Below are positions 1 to 9,416 of a stretch of 45,728 nt of DNA, piece by piece. The position numbers were made by a program, and so were the translations under genes. The stretch's first letter is position 1. Each line of letters opens with the position of its first letter. The DNA is taken from positions 1 through 45,728 of IMG/VR virus record IMGVR_UViG_3300037046_000294. The stretch is one strand, 5' to 3'. This DNA comes from a virus. Its lineage: Duplodnaviria; Caudoviricetes. Under the pieces are notes generated by a model, which was not told the DNA's origin, did no database searches, and saw nothing but the letters and a program-made list of their open reading frames with translations.

Positions 1-177
1 ATGCTTTACGAGAAAAACATACCGAAAATAATTATCTGCCCAACTTGCGAAGGCGAGTGTGTTGTGAGTGTTGGCAACCTCAGGGAAATGCACAACCACG
101 ACACCGAACCTTGCACCGACTGCGATGCCAAAGGAAAAGTCTGGAGATTTATAAACATCAAATACGAAAAACTATGA
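1..177 (+). CDS. Small zinc-finger protein (58 aa, DnaJ-type CxxC pairs)
   Basis: Read manually, not in ORF track: MLYEKNIPKIIICPTCEG...PCTDCDAKGKV; stop overlaps next ATG (ATGA). Confidence 0.7.
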   Translation: MLYEKNIPKIIICPTCEGECVVSVGNLREMHNHDTEPCTDCDAKGKVWRFINIKYEKL

Positions 178-365
178 AAATCAAACTAAAAGAATCTATT
201 AATGACGAGCTGATCGCCGTAGGCTGCAAGCCGGGTGATGAAATAAAAGTGGAAGCAATATCAGGCAAAACCGGCGCTGTTTATTTTACAAAATACCGCA
301 ATGATGTTAATCAGCAGTGTGTAGTATATCCCGAAGATTACGAAGTAATTGAACCTTTAAAATAA
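174..365 (+). CDS. Hypothetical early protein (63 aa), paralog of 754..948
   Basis: ATGA coupling to upstream gene gives start MKIKLKES; shares GxKPGD and V[YW]PE[DN]Y with 754..948. Confidence 0.75.
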   Translation: MKIKLKESINDELIAVGCKPGDEIKVEAISGKTGAVYFTKYRNDVNQQCVVYPEDYEVIEPLK

Positions 366-370
366 AACCA

Positions 371-757
371 ATGGAATTTAACATTTTCAACGAAAAAAAC
401 TGCAGGGTAGTTACCCGCGAACCTTCTGTGAGAATCACAAAAGGCGGAGTAATGATGATTAACACATCGGCAATGAAAAAGATGGAGTTTGTTGCCGGTA
501 ACCGAATTTCGCTTTGCCAGGATAAGCAACACCTGAAAGACTGGTACATCTGCCGCGATGCTGACGGTATTGAAATCAAATCAAAAAGCGGTACCACAAA
601 ATCATTTGGAATTCAGTCGAGTAGCTTATGCAATGAAATTCTTCTCTCACTCGGATTGGAAAAAGGCACTTGCAATTCATTCAAATTAGCTGCTGCAGCT
701 ACCGAAGTCAACGGCAAATCATTCTGGGCTTTAATAACTTCAAAAGTAAAACTATGA
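371..757 (+). CDS. Hypothetical early protein (128 aa)
   Basis: ORF in tightly packed operon with A-rich leader. Confidence 0.75.
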   Translation: MEFNIFNEKNCRVVTREPSVRITKGGVMMINTSAMKKMEFVAGNRISLCQDKQHLKDWYICRDADGIEIKSKSGTTKSFGIQSSSLCNEILLSLGLEKGTCNSFKLAAAATEVNGKSFWALITSKVKL

Positions 758-948
758 TGACAATTAAACTGGTGGGCGCACTGCCCCGCGAACTTAGGGA
801 TGCCGGTTTGAAACCGGGCGACAAACTCAAAGCCGAACCGGCTGAAAACTCTACACTGGGCGCCGCGAAAATAAAGATTTGGAAAGATGACGCCGATTAT
901 ATCGCTACCGTGTGGCCCGAGAACTATGTAAAAATTGGAGTAGCATGA
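754..948 (+). CDS. Hypothetical early protein (64 aa), paralog of 174..365
   Basis: ATGA coupling; aligns by eye to 174..365. Confidence 0.75.
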   Translation: MMTIKLVGALPRELRDAGLKPGDKLKAEPAENSTLGAAKIKIWKDDADYIATVWPENYVKIGVA

Positions 949-1223
949 CAAAGCAGCAATTTCTGAAAACCGCAAAAAGCCTGCTCCGGGGCATTATTAA
1001 GCAGCGCCGCTGGCTGTTGTGCCACAATAAAAGCCACCAGGAAAGCGCATGGTGCAAAACCGAAATCAGCAACATTGAACACGCGCTTCCACTCCTGGTT
1101 GATGCCGACCGCGCAAAGGCTTACCTGGAACGAAAAGAAACTGCCCTGCGGTATATGATTCCAGCCACCAACCGGAAACGGCACGACGAGCTCCGCGAGC
1201 TCATTGAAACACAACTGAATTAA
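945..1223 (+). CDS. Hypothetical protein (92 aa)
   Basis: ATGA overlap at 945; followed by terminator. Confidence 0.7.
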   Translation: MTKQQFLKTAKSLLRGIIKQRRWLLCHNKSHQESAWCKTEISNIEHALPLLVDADRAKAYLERKETALRYMIPATNRKRHDELRELIETQLN

Positions 1224-1258
1224 TTTTTTGATATAAAATTTAAATACCAGTGCAACAC

Positions 1259-1286
1259 AGCCCCGGTTAATGAGCCGGGGCTTTTT
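1259..1286 (+). terminator. Rho-independent terminator
   Basis: AGCCCCGGTT/AGCCGGGGCT stem followed by T-run. Confidence 0.8.
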
Positions 1287-1333
1287 ACCTCTCACAATTA
1301 GAAAATCAGATATTTTAAAATAGAATATTACAA

Positions 1334-1492
1334 ATGAAACCACTACCAACCGAAGAACTCTTAACCCAGTTCCTGCACTTCTGCCGCGCCCATTTTGCCG
1401 AACATTCGAGCGAAATACTGCTTGGTGAAAATGCCCTGGAACATCCTGAATTTATAATCACACCAATAAAACCACGTAAAAATGAAAACTAA
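1334..1492 (+). CDS. Small hypothetical protein (52 aa)
   Basis: Read manually: MKPLPTEELLTQFLHFCRAHF...; overlaps start of next gene. Confidence 0.55.
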   Translation: MKPLPTEELLTQFLHFCRAHFAEHSSEILLGENALEHPEFIITPIKPRKNEN

Positions 1493-1670
1493 AATCTTAC
1501 TCTTCGTCTTTGCCTTAGCCTTGGCCTTTCTTCCTGAAACTGCCGCAGCAAAACAAAAAGAACATTTACCCTTTGCACCAAAAGGCAAATACGGCAAACT
1601 CAGAACAAAACAGGCCAAACCCCATGGCCGTAAAGAAGCCTGGATTTACCGCCAGTGGTCCCGCAATTAG
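1482..1670 (+). CDS. Small basic protein with signal-peptide-like N-terminus
   Basis: MKTKILLFVFALALAFLPETAAA followed by K/R-rich segment. Confidence 0.6.
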   Translation: MKTKILLFVFALALAFLPETAAAKQKEHLPFAPKGKYGKLRTKQAKPHGRKEAWIYRQWSRN

Positions 1671-1870
1671 AAATTGACAATTAAAAATTAAAAATGATGT
1701 GGGAAGCGATTGACAACAGTCCATATACCATGATTGGCGCGGTAATATTTTTGCTAATAACATGGATCATCGACCGCTGGGCCACCCGGAGAGAGCGAAG
1801 AAATTAGAAATTAGAAATTAAAAATTACCAATTACCAATTAGAAATTACCAATTAAAAATTAAACGAATT

Positions 1871-2344
1871 ATGAAAGCACAACTTTTAAAAGATTTACAG
1901 AGCCTGCAAAGCAAGGCCGACAGTTTTTTTACCGAAGCACAGGAAAGCGCATCGGAACATGGAGCCGGTTATTTTTACATGGCCCGCAAAATTGACAAAA
2001 TCATTGGCTATTTAACCGGCACCCGTGACCAAAAGAAAATAATAACATTAACCGAGTTGCGAAAAAACCTTATTGACATTGCAAACGAATATGGGGCTAA
2101 AACCGGTATCGATTACGGGGTTTCACTTTCTGTAGAATGTGATGAAAAAGGAGAGATTAAATATTCATGCGAAATACATGGCATAAAAGAAGTAGAGGGT
2201 AGGGACCGGTATAGCAATTACAACAGAGTTTACTATAAACCCATATTTGACCAGCTTGTTGCTGAATTTAAAGTATTACTCGATGCCGATGTAGTAGCTC
2301 GTAAGGAAGTCAGCGAATTGGAGAAGGATATTACGGCACAATAG
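1871..2344 (+). CDS. Hypothetical protein (157 aa)
   Basis: ORF in early operon. Confidence 0.75.
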   Translation: MKAQLLKDLQSLQSKADSFFTEAQESASEHGAGYFYMARKIDKIIGYLTGTRDQKKIITLTELRKNLIDIANEYGAKTGIDYGVSLSVECDEKGEIKYSCEIHGIKEVEGRDRYSNYNRVYYKPIFDQLVAEFKVLLDADVVARKEVSELEKDITAQ

Positions 2345-2354
2345 CAACAGGATT

Positions 2355-2588
2355 ATGAACAAAATTGAAATGCTTTACAAAGCCGATACAGGCCAAAGAT
2401 GCTACAAAAGTATAGAGTCTGAGCCAATGAGAAATGCCTACGACAGAAAATGTAAGGCGGTTGAGCTTGATGGTTTTCCGGAGGAGTATATTGATGGAGA
2501 TGATCTTATAATTCCTACTCAGGAATATGTAAAATGGCTGGAAGAAAAACTCGAAAGCCTGCAGAAATTTCCAGGGAATAATATTTAA
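2355..2588 (+). CDS. Hypothetical protein (77 aa)
   Basis: ORF in early operon. Confidence 0.7.
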   Translation: MNKIEMLYKADTGQRCYKSIESEPMRNAYDRKCKAVELDGFPEEYIDGDDLIIPTQEYVKWLEEKLESLQKFPGNNI

Positions 2589-2607
2589 CCAGATAAAAAC
2601 CAGAATT

Positions 2608-2847
2608 ATGAATAAATCTGAACAGGCCACACGCATGTTAACCGGGCAGGAACTGCGACAAATGGAATTTATGCAGGCCCGCAACCGCGAGGCCGAAAAA
2701 CTGCCCGTTTACGACATTCTGCAGCTTACAGGCATGAACAATGCGCAACTCATAGAAATTGCCGCTGCCCTGGGCCTTGTGGTTGGCGATGCCGTTGGAA
2801 AACAAAATTTGATGTATAAAATACTCGATAAACAAGCTAACTTATGA
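2608..2847 (+). CDS. Small protein with Rho-N/HeH-like C-terminal motif
   Basis: LTGMNNAQLIEIAAALGL...KQNLMYKILDKQA resembles the Rho N-terminal helical motif. Confidence 0.6.
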   Translation: MNKSEQATRMLTGQELRQMEFMQARNREAEKLPVYDILQLTGMNNAQLIEIAAALGLVVGDAVGKQNLMYKILDKQANL

Positions 2848-3248
2848 AACCAGCAATCCACCTACTCGACCCGGTTGCAAACCAAACCATTTACAAAACC
2901 ATGCGCTGCGGTTATATGAGAAATCCGGAATGGGTAAAATACACCACCAACCCCGCCGAAGTTACCTGCATAAAATGCAAAAGCTACATTAACAACCCCT
3001 GGCGCGTGTTGCGCAAATACGGACAGGTGAAAGTTGTTGAAGATATGTTTGTGATGTTCTGGGGCCAGTACGGTTATAAGTTCGACATGGCCGCGGTGGT
3101 TGAAACTCCCGGATGCTGGACAATATGTGTATCGCATAATAACGACTGGCACCTGAACCTGATGACCAAAGCCGGTAACATGGCTCAACTCGGGTTTAAG
3201 CTGGTTGATATTTTGGAGAAAGAAATAATGCAACTAAAATCAAACTAA
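2844..3248 (+). CDS. Hypothetical protein with putative Zn-binding N-terminus
   Basis: H...CG...VTCIKC motif; ATGA coupled. Confidence 0.65.
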   Translation: MKPAIHLLDPVANQTIYKTMRCGYMRNPEWVKYTTNPAEVTCIKCKSYINNPWRVLRKYGQVKVVEDMFVMFWGQYGYKFDMAAVVETPGCWTICVSHNNDWHLNLMTKAGNMAQLGFKLVDILEKEIMQLKSN

Positions 3249-3251
3249 ACT

Positions 3252-3974
3252 ATGAAAGAATACCCTATTTTATTCAGTACCCAAATGGTGCAAGCCATTC
3301 TGGAAGGAAGAAAAACGCAGACCAGGAGAGTTGTAAAACCGCAACCACCTTCATCTAAATGTGAATTTATTGGTGCAATAGAATTTTTAGCATCAGATAA
3401 AATCGGTTATTACTGGTCGGATGGCACACATAATAATATGCAAGGTTTTTGGCCAGGCATAGAAAAGGATTTGTATTGCCCTTACGGCCAGCCCGGTGAT
3501 TTGCTTTGGGTTAGGGAAAAAATGATTCTAAACAAAAATTCAAACACATTTTGGCCGGTTGCTGATGGTTATGTAAAAACATCGGATTATGAAAAGATAA
3601 ACCCTTCTATCCACATGCCCAAACCCGCCGCCCATATTTGGCTCGAAATTACCGAAGTAAAAGTGGAAAGACTTGAATCGATTTCGGACGAAGATGCCAT
3701 AGATGAAGGGATTGATTTCGTAATAGATAAGATAACCGGATTTTGTGGGCGTGATTATTTAACCGGAGGCTATAATCTTATGACACGGCCATGGAATTCG
3801 TTTATGAGTTTGTGGAGAAAAGTACATGGTATTGAGCGTTACAAGCCTACCGGAAACCCGTGGGTGTGGGTGGTAAAATTTAAGGTATTGAGTACAACCG
3901 GAAAACAATCCTTCCCTGCCCGACCGGCAGGCGGGGACTTCGCTCAGGATGACAAAACCATTCACGCATTATAG
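3252..3974 (+). CDS. ASCH/PUA-like phage protein
   Basis: PILFSTQMVQAILEGRKTQTRR, CPYGQPGDLLWVRE, PSIHMP and NPWVWVVKF motifs. Confidence 0.85.
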   Translation: MKEYPILFSTQMVQAILEGRKTQTRRVVKPQPPSSKCEFIGAIEFLASDKIGYYWSDGTHNNMQGFWPGIEKDLYCPYGQPGDLLWVREKMILNKNSNTFWPVADGYVKTSDYEKINPSIHMPKPAAHIWLEITEVKVERLESISDEDAIDEGIDFVIDKITGFCGRDYLTGGYNLMTRPWNSFMSLWRKVHGIERYKPTGNPWVWVVKFKVLSTTGKQSFPARPAGGDFAQDDKTIHAL

Positions 3975-4026
3975 CATTCACGCATTCACGCATTATAAAA
4001 CGTAACTCTGTAACCAACCGTTAATT

Positions 4027-6834
4027 ATGGCATTTATCGACCAGCAGGAGATTTTAGACGCTACCAGTGGTGGCCTTGATATTATTTACCGTTGTTATCC
4101 ACAGGCAAAAGAAGCGCAGGGGAAAGCCGACAAACGCTTCCGGGTGCGAGCCGATGAACGAACCCCATCGGCTTCGCTCAAGCAATTGCAGGATGGCGTA
4201 TGGGTGGTTACCGATTTTGGCGGCGACCAGACCCCGCGCAACGGAATACAGGTGTTTATGAAGGAAGAAAGCCTTACCTTCCGGGAAGCCATCGTTCAAC
4301 TGGCAAGCATTTATGGTGTTGGCGGTATTTCGGCAGAAATTAACAAGCCGGTGTTCACAAAGCGACCGGCCACCACGGAAGAACAGGAGGGGGATTACTT
4401 TTTCGATATAAAAACCGCCATTACCGAAGCTGAACTAAAGGTGATGGGGCCAAAGGTTACCGCCGAAATCTGCAAGCGTTACAACTGTTACTCGCTGGTG
4501 AGCTTTACCACCATCCGCAACCGCGAGGCGCACGTAACGGCCAGCACCGACAAATACCCTATTTTCCTGTTCGACCACGGCGAATTTAAAAAGCTGTACC
4601 AGCCGCTGAACCCCGACAAACAATACCGGTTCCGCTATTTCGGCACCAAAGAAAAAGACTATGTAAACGGCATGCGCCAGTTAAACCAGGCTTACGAAAA
4701 GTACCGCGACGAGCAACTGAAAAGCCAGACCGAAGACGACGACAGCCACGACATCAAGAAACTGGATATGGCCATTATCTGCTCCGGCGAACGCGACGCG
4801 CTGAACGTGGCAGGTTATGGATATTACCCGCTGTGGTTTAACTCTGAAACCGCCGAGCTGACAGCGAAAAACTTTAAAGACATCATGCGCTGCGTTGATG
4901 TGCTGTACAACCTCCCCGATATTGACGATACCGGCCTGCGTGCCGCCATCAGGCTGGGGATGCAGTATTTGGACATTCATCACATCATGCTTCCGGAGAG
5001 CCTCCGCCTGTTTAAGGACCCGAGGGGAAAAGCCAGGAAAGATTTTTTGGATTACATTGAAATCTACAATAAGGACTGGGACTTTAAAAAGCTGATAAAC
5101 GTGGCCAAGCCCATGCGGTTCTGGAAGGTTGACGTTACCAAGAATGGCATAAAATACAACCTCAGTTCGGCCAATACCCGCTTTTTTTTGCAGGCCAACG
5201 GGTTTTACCAGCTCGAAAATAAGAACTCGAAAACCGGGCAGATGTTTGTTTACATCAACGGCCATATTGTAAAGGAGATAAAATCGAAGGACATCAAATC
5301 GTTTCTGATTGGCTACTGCGAAAACAATTACCTCGACAACCAGATACTGGAGCTGCTGCTGAACACCAACAGGCTGAGCGAGGCCACGCTGGAAGGGCTG
5401 AAACAAATTAAAATTGATTTTTGCGATTACGAGCCACACGCGCAATACCTGTTTTTCGAAAACAAAGTGTGGAAAGTTACTGCAGAAGATGTGATTGAAA
5501 GCAGGAGCGAAGGCAGCGAACGGTATGTTTGGAGCGAGGAGGTGATTCCGCATAAGGTAAAGAAAACCGATTCGCCATTTACGATTAAAAAAATAGCCGA
5601 CGAACATTACGACATTGAGGTGCACAATACCCAATCGAAATACTTTTCGTACCTGATCAACTCGTCCAGGATACACTGGAGGAAGGAACTGGAAACAGAG
5701 CTTGAGCAGGTGAGCGAAGAAGAGGAAGAAAAATATTTGAAGGACCACAAATTTTGCATCGATGGCAGCCGCCTGACAGAGGAAGAAATTTTTGAGCAGA
5801 AACAGCACCTGATAAACAAAATCTTCTCGATAGGCTACCTGCTGCACCGGTACAAAAGCCAGGCAAGGGCATGGGCAGTGTTTGCGATGGATGCCGTGCT
5901 GGGCGAAGAAGGAGAATCGAACGGGCGCTCAGGGAAATCGTTTGGCTACAAAGCGCTGCGGTACTTTATGAAATCGGTAACACTCTCCGGGCGTAACCCG
6001 AAGATGACAGAGAACCCGCACCTTTACGACAGGGTTACCGAGTACACCGACTATGTACTGGTTGACGATGCCGACCTTTATTTGAACTACAAATTCTTTT
6101 TCGACAGCATCACCGGCGAGCTGATTGTAAATCCAAAGAACAACCAGAGTTATGAAATACCGTTCGACCTTAGCCCGAAATTCTGCTTTACCTCGAACCA
6201 TGCCCTGCGCGATATCGACACCAGCTTAACCGCCCGGATTCTGTACACCGTATTTTCGGACTACTACCACGAGCGCACCGAAACCAACAACTACCGCGAA
6301 ACACGGAAGATATTCGACGATTTTGGAAAAGAACTTTTTGGCGAAGCTTATACCGAAGCCGAGTGGAATGCCGACTTTAACTTTTTTGCACAGTGCATCA
6401 GGTTTTATTTGAGCGTCCCCGCACCCCTGAAGATTAACCCGCCGATGGGAAATGTAACTCTGCGTAACCTGCTGGCCGAAATGGGGCAGGCGTTTAAAGA
6501 CTGGGCCGATGCGTATTTCTACATCGACGACAAACGCGAGGGCGACAACGTGAACACGCTAATTGCCAAAGAAGATGCCCTGAACGACTTTATGAAGAAA
6601 ACCAACATGAAGGGATGGACCACCAACAAATTTACAAAAGCGCTGCGGGCCTTCTGCCGGTTCTACGGGTACAAGTTCAATCCCAAATCGTTTTGCAACG
6701 CCCAGGGGCGCATCAGCCGCAAGGTTGACGGAACCACCAAGGATATGATTTACATACAAACCAACCTGGTGATAAACCCGGCAGATTTGCACGATGGAAA
6801 CGAAGCAGAACCTGATGGAGACCAGCCGTTTTAA
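4027..6834 (+). CDS. Primase-helicase (TOPRIM primase plus P-loop helicase)
   Basis: N-terminal DERTPSA...DFGG; TOPRIM CSGERDA and PDIDDTG; Walker A GRSGKS; Walker B VLVDD; acidic tail ending DQPF. Confidence 0.88.
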   Translation: MAFIDQQEILDATSGGLDIIYRCYPQAKEAQGKADKRFRVRADERTPSASLKQLQDGVWVVTDFGGDQTPRNGIQVFMKEESLTFREAIVQLASIYGVGGISAEINKPVFTKRPATTEEQEGDYFFDIKTAITEAELKVMGPKVTAEICKRYNCYSLVSFTTIRNREAHVTASTDKYPIFLFDHGEFKKLYQPLNPDKQYRFRYFGTKEKDYVNGMRQLNQAYEKYRDEQLKSQTEDDDSHDIKKLDMAIICSGERDALNVAGYGYYPLWFNSETAELTAKNFKDIMRCVDVLYNLPDIDDTGLRAAIRLGMQYLDIHHIMLPESLRLFKDPRGKARKDFLDYIEIYNKDWDFKKLINVAKPMRFWKVDVTKNGIKYNLSSANTRFFLQANGFYQLENKNSKTGQMFVYINGHIVKEIKSKDIKSFLIGYCENNYLDNQILELLLNTNRLSEATLEGLKQIKIDFCDYEPHAQYLFFENKVWKVTAEDVIESRSEGSERYVWSEEVIPHKVKKTDSPFTIKKIADEHYDIEVHNTQSKYFSYLINSSRIHWRKELETELEQVSEEEEEKYLKDHKFCIDGSRLTEEEIFEQKQHLINKIFSIGYLLHRYKSQARAWAVFAMDAVLGEEGESNGRSGKSFGYKALRYFMKSVTLSGRNPKMTENPHLYDRVTEYTDYVLVDDADLYLNYKFFFDSITGELIVNPKNNQSYEIPFDLSPKFCFTSNHALRDIDTSLTARILYTVFSDYYHERTETNNYRETRKIFDDFGKELFGEAYTEAEWNADFNFFAQCIRFYLSVPAPLKINPPMGNVTLRNLLAEMGQAFKDWADAYFYIDDKREGDNVNTLIAKEDALNDFMKKTNMKGWTTNKFTKALRAFCRFYGYKFNPKSFCNAQGRISRKVDGTTKDMIYIQTNLVINPADLHDGNEAEPDGDQPF

Positions 6835-6843
6835 TTTAACAGT

Positions 6844-7071
6844 ATGAACGCTGCGACAGTTGAATATAAGCGAAAGGTTTGGGAGTTCCTGGAAACAATG
6901 AAACCAGATGTAACCTATTCGGTTTCGAAACTGGCAAAGCACGAAAACCGGAGCGCGTTTATTACTGCAGTAAAAGAATACATGGACGCATGGCCATGGC
7001 AGGGCTGGCTATCATTCAATAAAGACTATTCGAAGATTTATAAAATTCACCCGATAATATTTGAAAAATGA
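6844..7071 (+). CDS. Hypothetical protein (75 aa)
   Basis: ORF directly after primase-helicase. Confidence 0.7.
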   Translation: MNAATVEYKRKVWEFLETMKPDVTYSVSKLAKHENRSAFITAVKEYMDAWPWQGWLSFNKDYSKIYKIHPIIFEK

Positions 7072-7484
7072 ACAGGTATAAAATCGACTGGACACCGGAA
7101 ATGATTCACCGGTTAAAGTTTGAATTCAAATATGCTTACAACAAATCGCTGGCCATTGATTTGGGCGTTAGTTGGCGTTCGCTCGTAAGAAAAGCCCGGG
7201 AACTTGGGCTTGAAAAAGAAGAAGGATTCCTGGAAAAAAGAAAAGAGCAGATTCAAAAAATGGCAAGGGCAAAAAGAGGAACAAATCCAACTAAAGGACT
7301 AAAAGGCTGGTGCGTTCCCAACAGTGAAGCGCACAGGTTTAAGCCCGGGAACATTTCGCCCATGGCCATTAGCCAAAACGTAAGGGATAAAGTAAGCCGG
7401 AGCAGGCTAAAAACAATTGAAGAAGAAAGGTACAGGATCCGCGAGGGATTAGACCAGATAACCAAATTAAAATTAAAAGTATGA
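7068..7484 (+). CDS. Putative DNA-binding protein (HTH plus basic repeat motif)
   Basis: WTPEM...LAIDLGVSWRSLVRKARELGL and HRFKPGN. Confidence 0.65.
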   Translation: MNRYKIDWTPEMIHRLKFEFKYAYNKSLAIDLGVSWRSLVRKARELGLEKEEGFLEKRKEQIQKMARAKRGTNPTKGLKGWCVPNSEAHRFKPGNISPMAISQNVRDKVSRSRLKTIEEERYRIREGLDQITKLKLKV

Positions 7485-7831
7485 AAAAGTATTTTGCCGA
7501 AATGCAACACCTGAACAATCCTAAAAACAAGTCAGAAGAAGCAGTACAAAACTTAGCCAGAACTATGAACCGGACCTTGATTTACGGTGAAGAGGCACTG
7601 GAGCAGTATGTAAAGCAATTCAGACAAAAGGTAGATGAAATAAACACCAAATTTCCGCGTTGCAAGTACATCGATACCGAATACCGGAACTATAAAAATT
7701 ACGGGTCGATGTGGGTTTCAGCCCGTGATGTGGCGCGGATAGATTTTAGCGAGGTTGAAAATGAATTCAACGGCCGCACGCGCGACTGGGGCCGTGATTT
7801 GATGGGAGATATGAAAGCGGATGCTGAATAA
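7481..7831 (+). CDS. Hypothetical protein (116 aa)
   Basis: ATGA-coupled ORF. Confidence 0.7.
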   Translation: MKKYFAEMQHLNNPKNKSEEAVQNLARTMNRTLIYGEEALEQYVKQFRQKVDEINTKFPRCKYIDTEYRNYKNYGSMWVSARDVARIDFSEVENEFNGRTRDWGRDLMGDMKADAE

Positions 7832-7837
7832 ACTGCC

Positions 7838-8128
7838 ATGCTAAAAGTAACCTATAAAAAACGAGCTGACGGCACGATGGACCAGCAGGTTAAAAGCCTG
7901 GTAAGTCAGATTTGCAGGCTTTGGGACCAGGTGGAAGATTTTGAAAGGCTGTTCGCCCTGAAGATTAAAGAGATTAAGCAGATGAACCAGGTAAGGGCAG
8001 AACATGCTTACGTGCTTGAAAAACAGGGCAGCGATACCATACTGGTTTGGCACGTTGACCTGAACTGGAATAAAGACCGGCTGTTGTGCGAAGTGAAACA
8101 TTTTGAAAATGAACTTCCGGAACTATAA
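7838..8128 (+). CDS. Hypothetical protein (96 aa)
   Basis: Last ORF of early operon. Confidence 0.7.
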   Translation: MLKVTYKKRADGTMDQQVKSLVSQICRLWDQVEDFERLFALKIKEIKQMNQVRAEHAYVLEKQGSDTILVWHVDLNWNKDRLLCEVKHFENELPEL

Positions 8129-8133
8129 TATTT

Positions 8134-8217
8134 GGGCGTGCCCCCGAGTTCCCGGGGTCGGGCTATACGCTGCAAGTCCTCATTGCATTCCGGGCTATCC
8201 GCTGCTATCCCTCACGC
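8134..8217 (+). ncRNA. Flavo-1-like structured RNA/repeat motif
   Basis: GGGCGTGCCCC...GGGGTCGGGCTATACGCTGCAAGTCCTC...GGGCTATCCGCTGCTATCCCTCACGC matches my recollection of the Bacteroidota Flavo-1 motif; not model-scored. Confidence 0.65.
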
Positions 8218-8219
8218 GG

Positions 8220-8298
8220 AGCCTGACCGATAACTCGAAGCTATGCATCGTTGTGAGGAACGAGCAATGATTGTATAGCGGCTGTTATCGGTCAGGCT
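8220..8298. repeat. Long imperfect palindrome with 15-bp perfect arms (attC-like architecture)
   Basis: AGCCTGACCGATAAC / GTTATCGGTCAGGCT with inner pairing GCTATGCA / TGTATAGC. Confidence 0.7.
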
Positions 8299-8379
8299 TT
8301 TCACCAGGGCACAGTATGATAGCGACCGATCCACCGGCAGGTGGTAAAACAATACGTCACGAAGTGACACCTTTTTATT

Positions 8380-8415
8380 CACCCTTTCGGTAGCATCCGG
8401 GAGGGTGTTTTTTTT
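8380..8415 (+). terminator. Rho-independent terminator
   Basis: CACCCTTTCGG / CCGGGAGGGTG stem plus T-run. Confidence 0.75.
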
Positions 8416-8487
8416 GTGCTGTTTTTTTTGGCTGGGGTGCTGCCTTTTTTCTTTTCCTTACCTTTTACTTATTTACTATTAAAAAAA

Positions 8488-8718
8488 TGTAACTTTGTAA
8501 CCAATACTCAAAAGAGCTAAAAAAGAAAGAGTTACACGGTTACGTTTTGTTTTTGCTATTTGTGTCGGACACACTTTTTTTGTAACCGCCCGCGCGGACA
8601 CATTTCGGTTACACTTTTTAAAAACACCGGTTACATTTTTTAAAACTGAAATGTGACTTTCTAAACAATTAATAACTAATAACTTATAAATAAAAAATTA
8701 CCCGGTTACACGGTTACA
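8488..8718. other. Putative replication origin (iterons)
   Basis: About ten GGTTACA/TGTAACC-type heptamers in both orientations in an AT-rich non-coding region downstream of the primase operon. Confidence 0.7.
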
Positions 8719-8775
8719 AATTTTTCGTGCAAAAACTATACTGACGGGAGAAATAAAAAAGTTCAAAGTTGAAAG

Positions 8776-8805
8776 TTGAAAGTTGAAAGTGATGCGTTAT
8801 CTTCG
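8776..8805 (+). promoter_or_regulatory. Candidate Bacteroidota sigma-A promoter
   Basis: TTG-N19-TATCTTCG upstream of 8834. Confidence 0.45.
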
Positions 8806-8833
8806 GGGCGTTGTACTGGGCTAAACAGCTCAT

Positions 8834-9367
8834 ATGAAACCGACGCCAAAAATCGAACCTGACACAAAACCAAAAGTTATTATCGACCTTCCGCCAGTAC
8901 TTGAGGCATTTTGCCGTTATGTTTTTGAAACTCCGGCTAAACAGGAAATTATAGTCGCCAACCGGAAACACATCATCGGCAAAGCAATTAACGGCCTGAT
9001 TGAAAAAACACAGTGCAAAAAAGGAATCCAGAATTTTGAGAACCCTGTAATATTTACAGTGCCGGTTACCGAATTTAACCAGTACTCGCTTACCTCGAAA
9101 TACATTTACATTAACGCTGAAGAAAACGAGGCTTTTTGCGACAGGGTTGAATCGTCATATTCGTGCTGGATAGAAAACATCTTTAAGGATGGTTATGGAA
9201 TGAACATGGACCAGCTTGCTATTATTGAAGTGATTTTGGATTTGCTCAACGTAAGGATGAATGCGGTTAATTTCGACTATGTAAAGAAATATGATTACCG
9301 GGCGCGCAAAAGTGAGATACGACTAAAGAGTAAAACCATTCTAAAACAAAGAATATCAATTAATTAA
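8834..9367 (+). CDS. Hypothetical protein; positional candidate for late-gene activator
   Basis: Lies between origin and structural genes; basic C-terminus. Function inferred from position only. Confidence 0.55.
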   Translation: MKPTPKIEPDTKPKVIIDLPPVLEAFCRYVFETPAKQEIIVANRKHIIGKAINGLIEKTQCKKGIQNFENPVIFTVPVTEFNQYSLTSKYIYINAEENEAFCDRVESSYSCWIENIFKDGYGMNMDQLAIIEVILDLLNVRMNAVNFDYVKKYDYRARKSEIRLKSKTILKQRISIN

Positions 9368-9416
9368 ATTATTTATCAGGAATACCGATTGAAAACAACA
9401 CTTTAAGTCTGAAAAA

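Noticed and set aside
4681-5847. 388-aa minus-strand ORF and other long antisense ORFs
   Set aside because: Shadows of well-supported plus-strand genes; no motifs or expression signals
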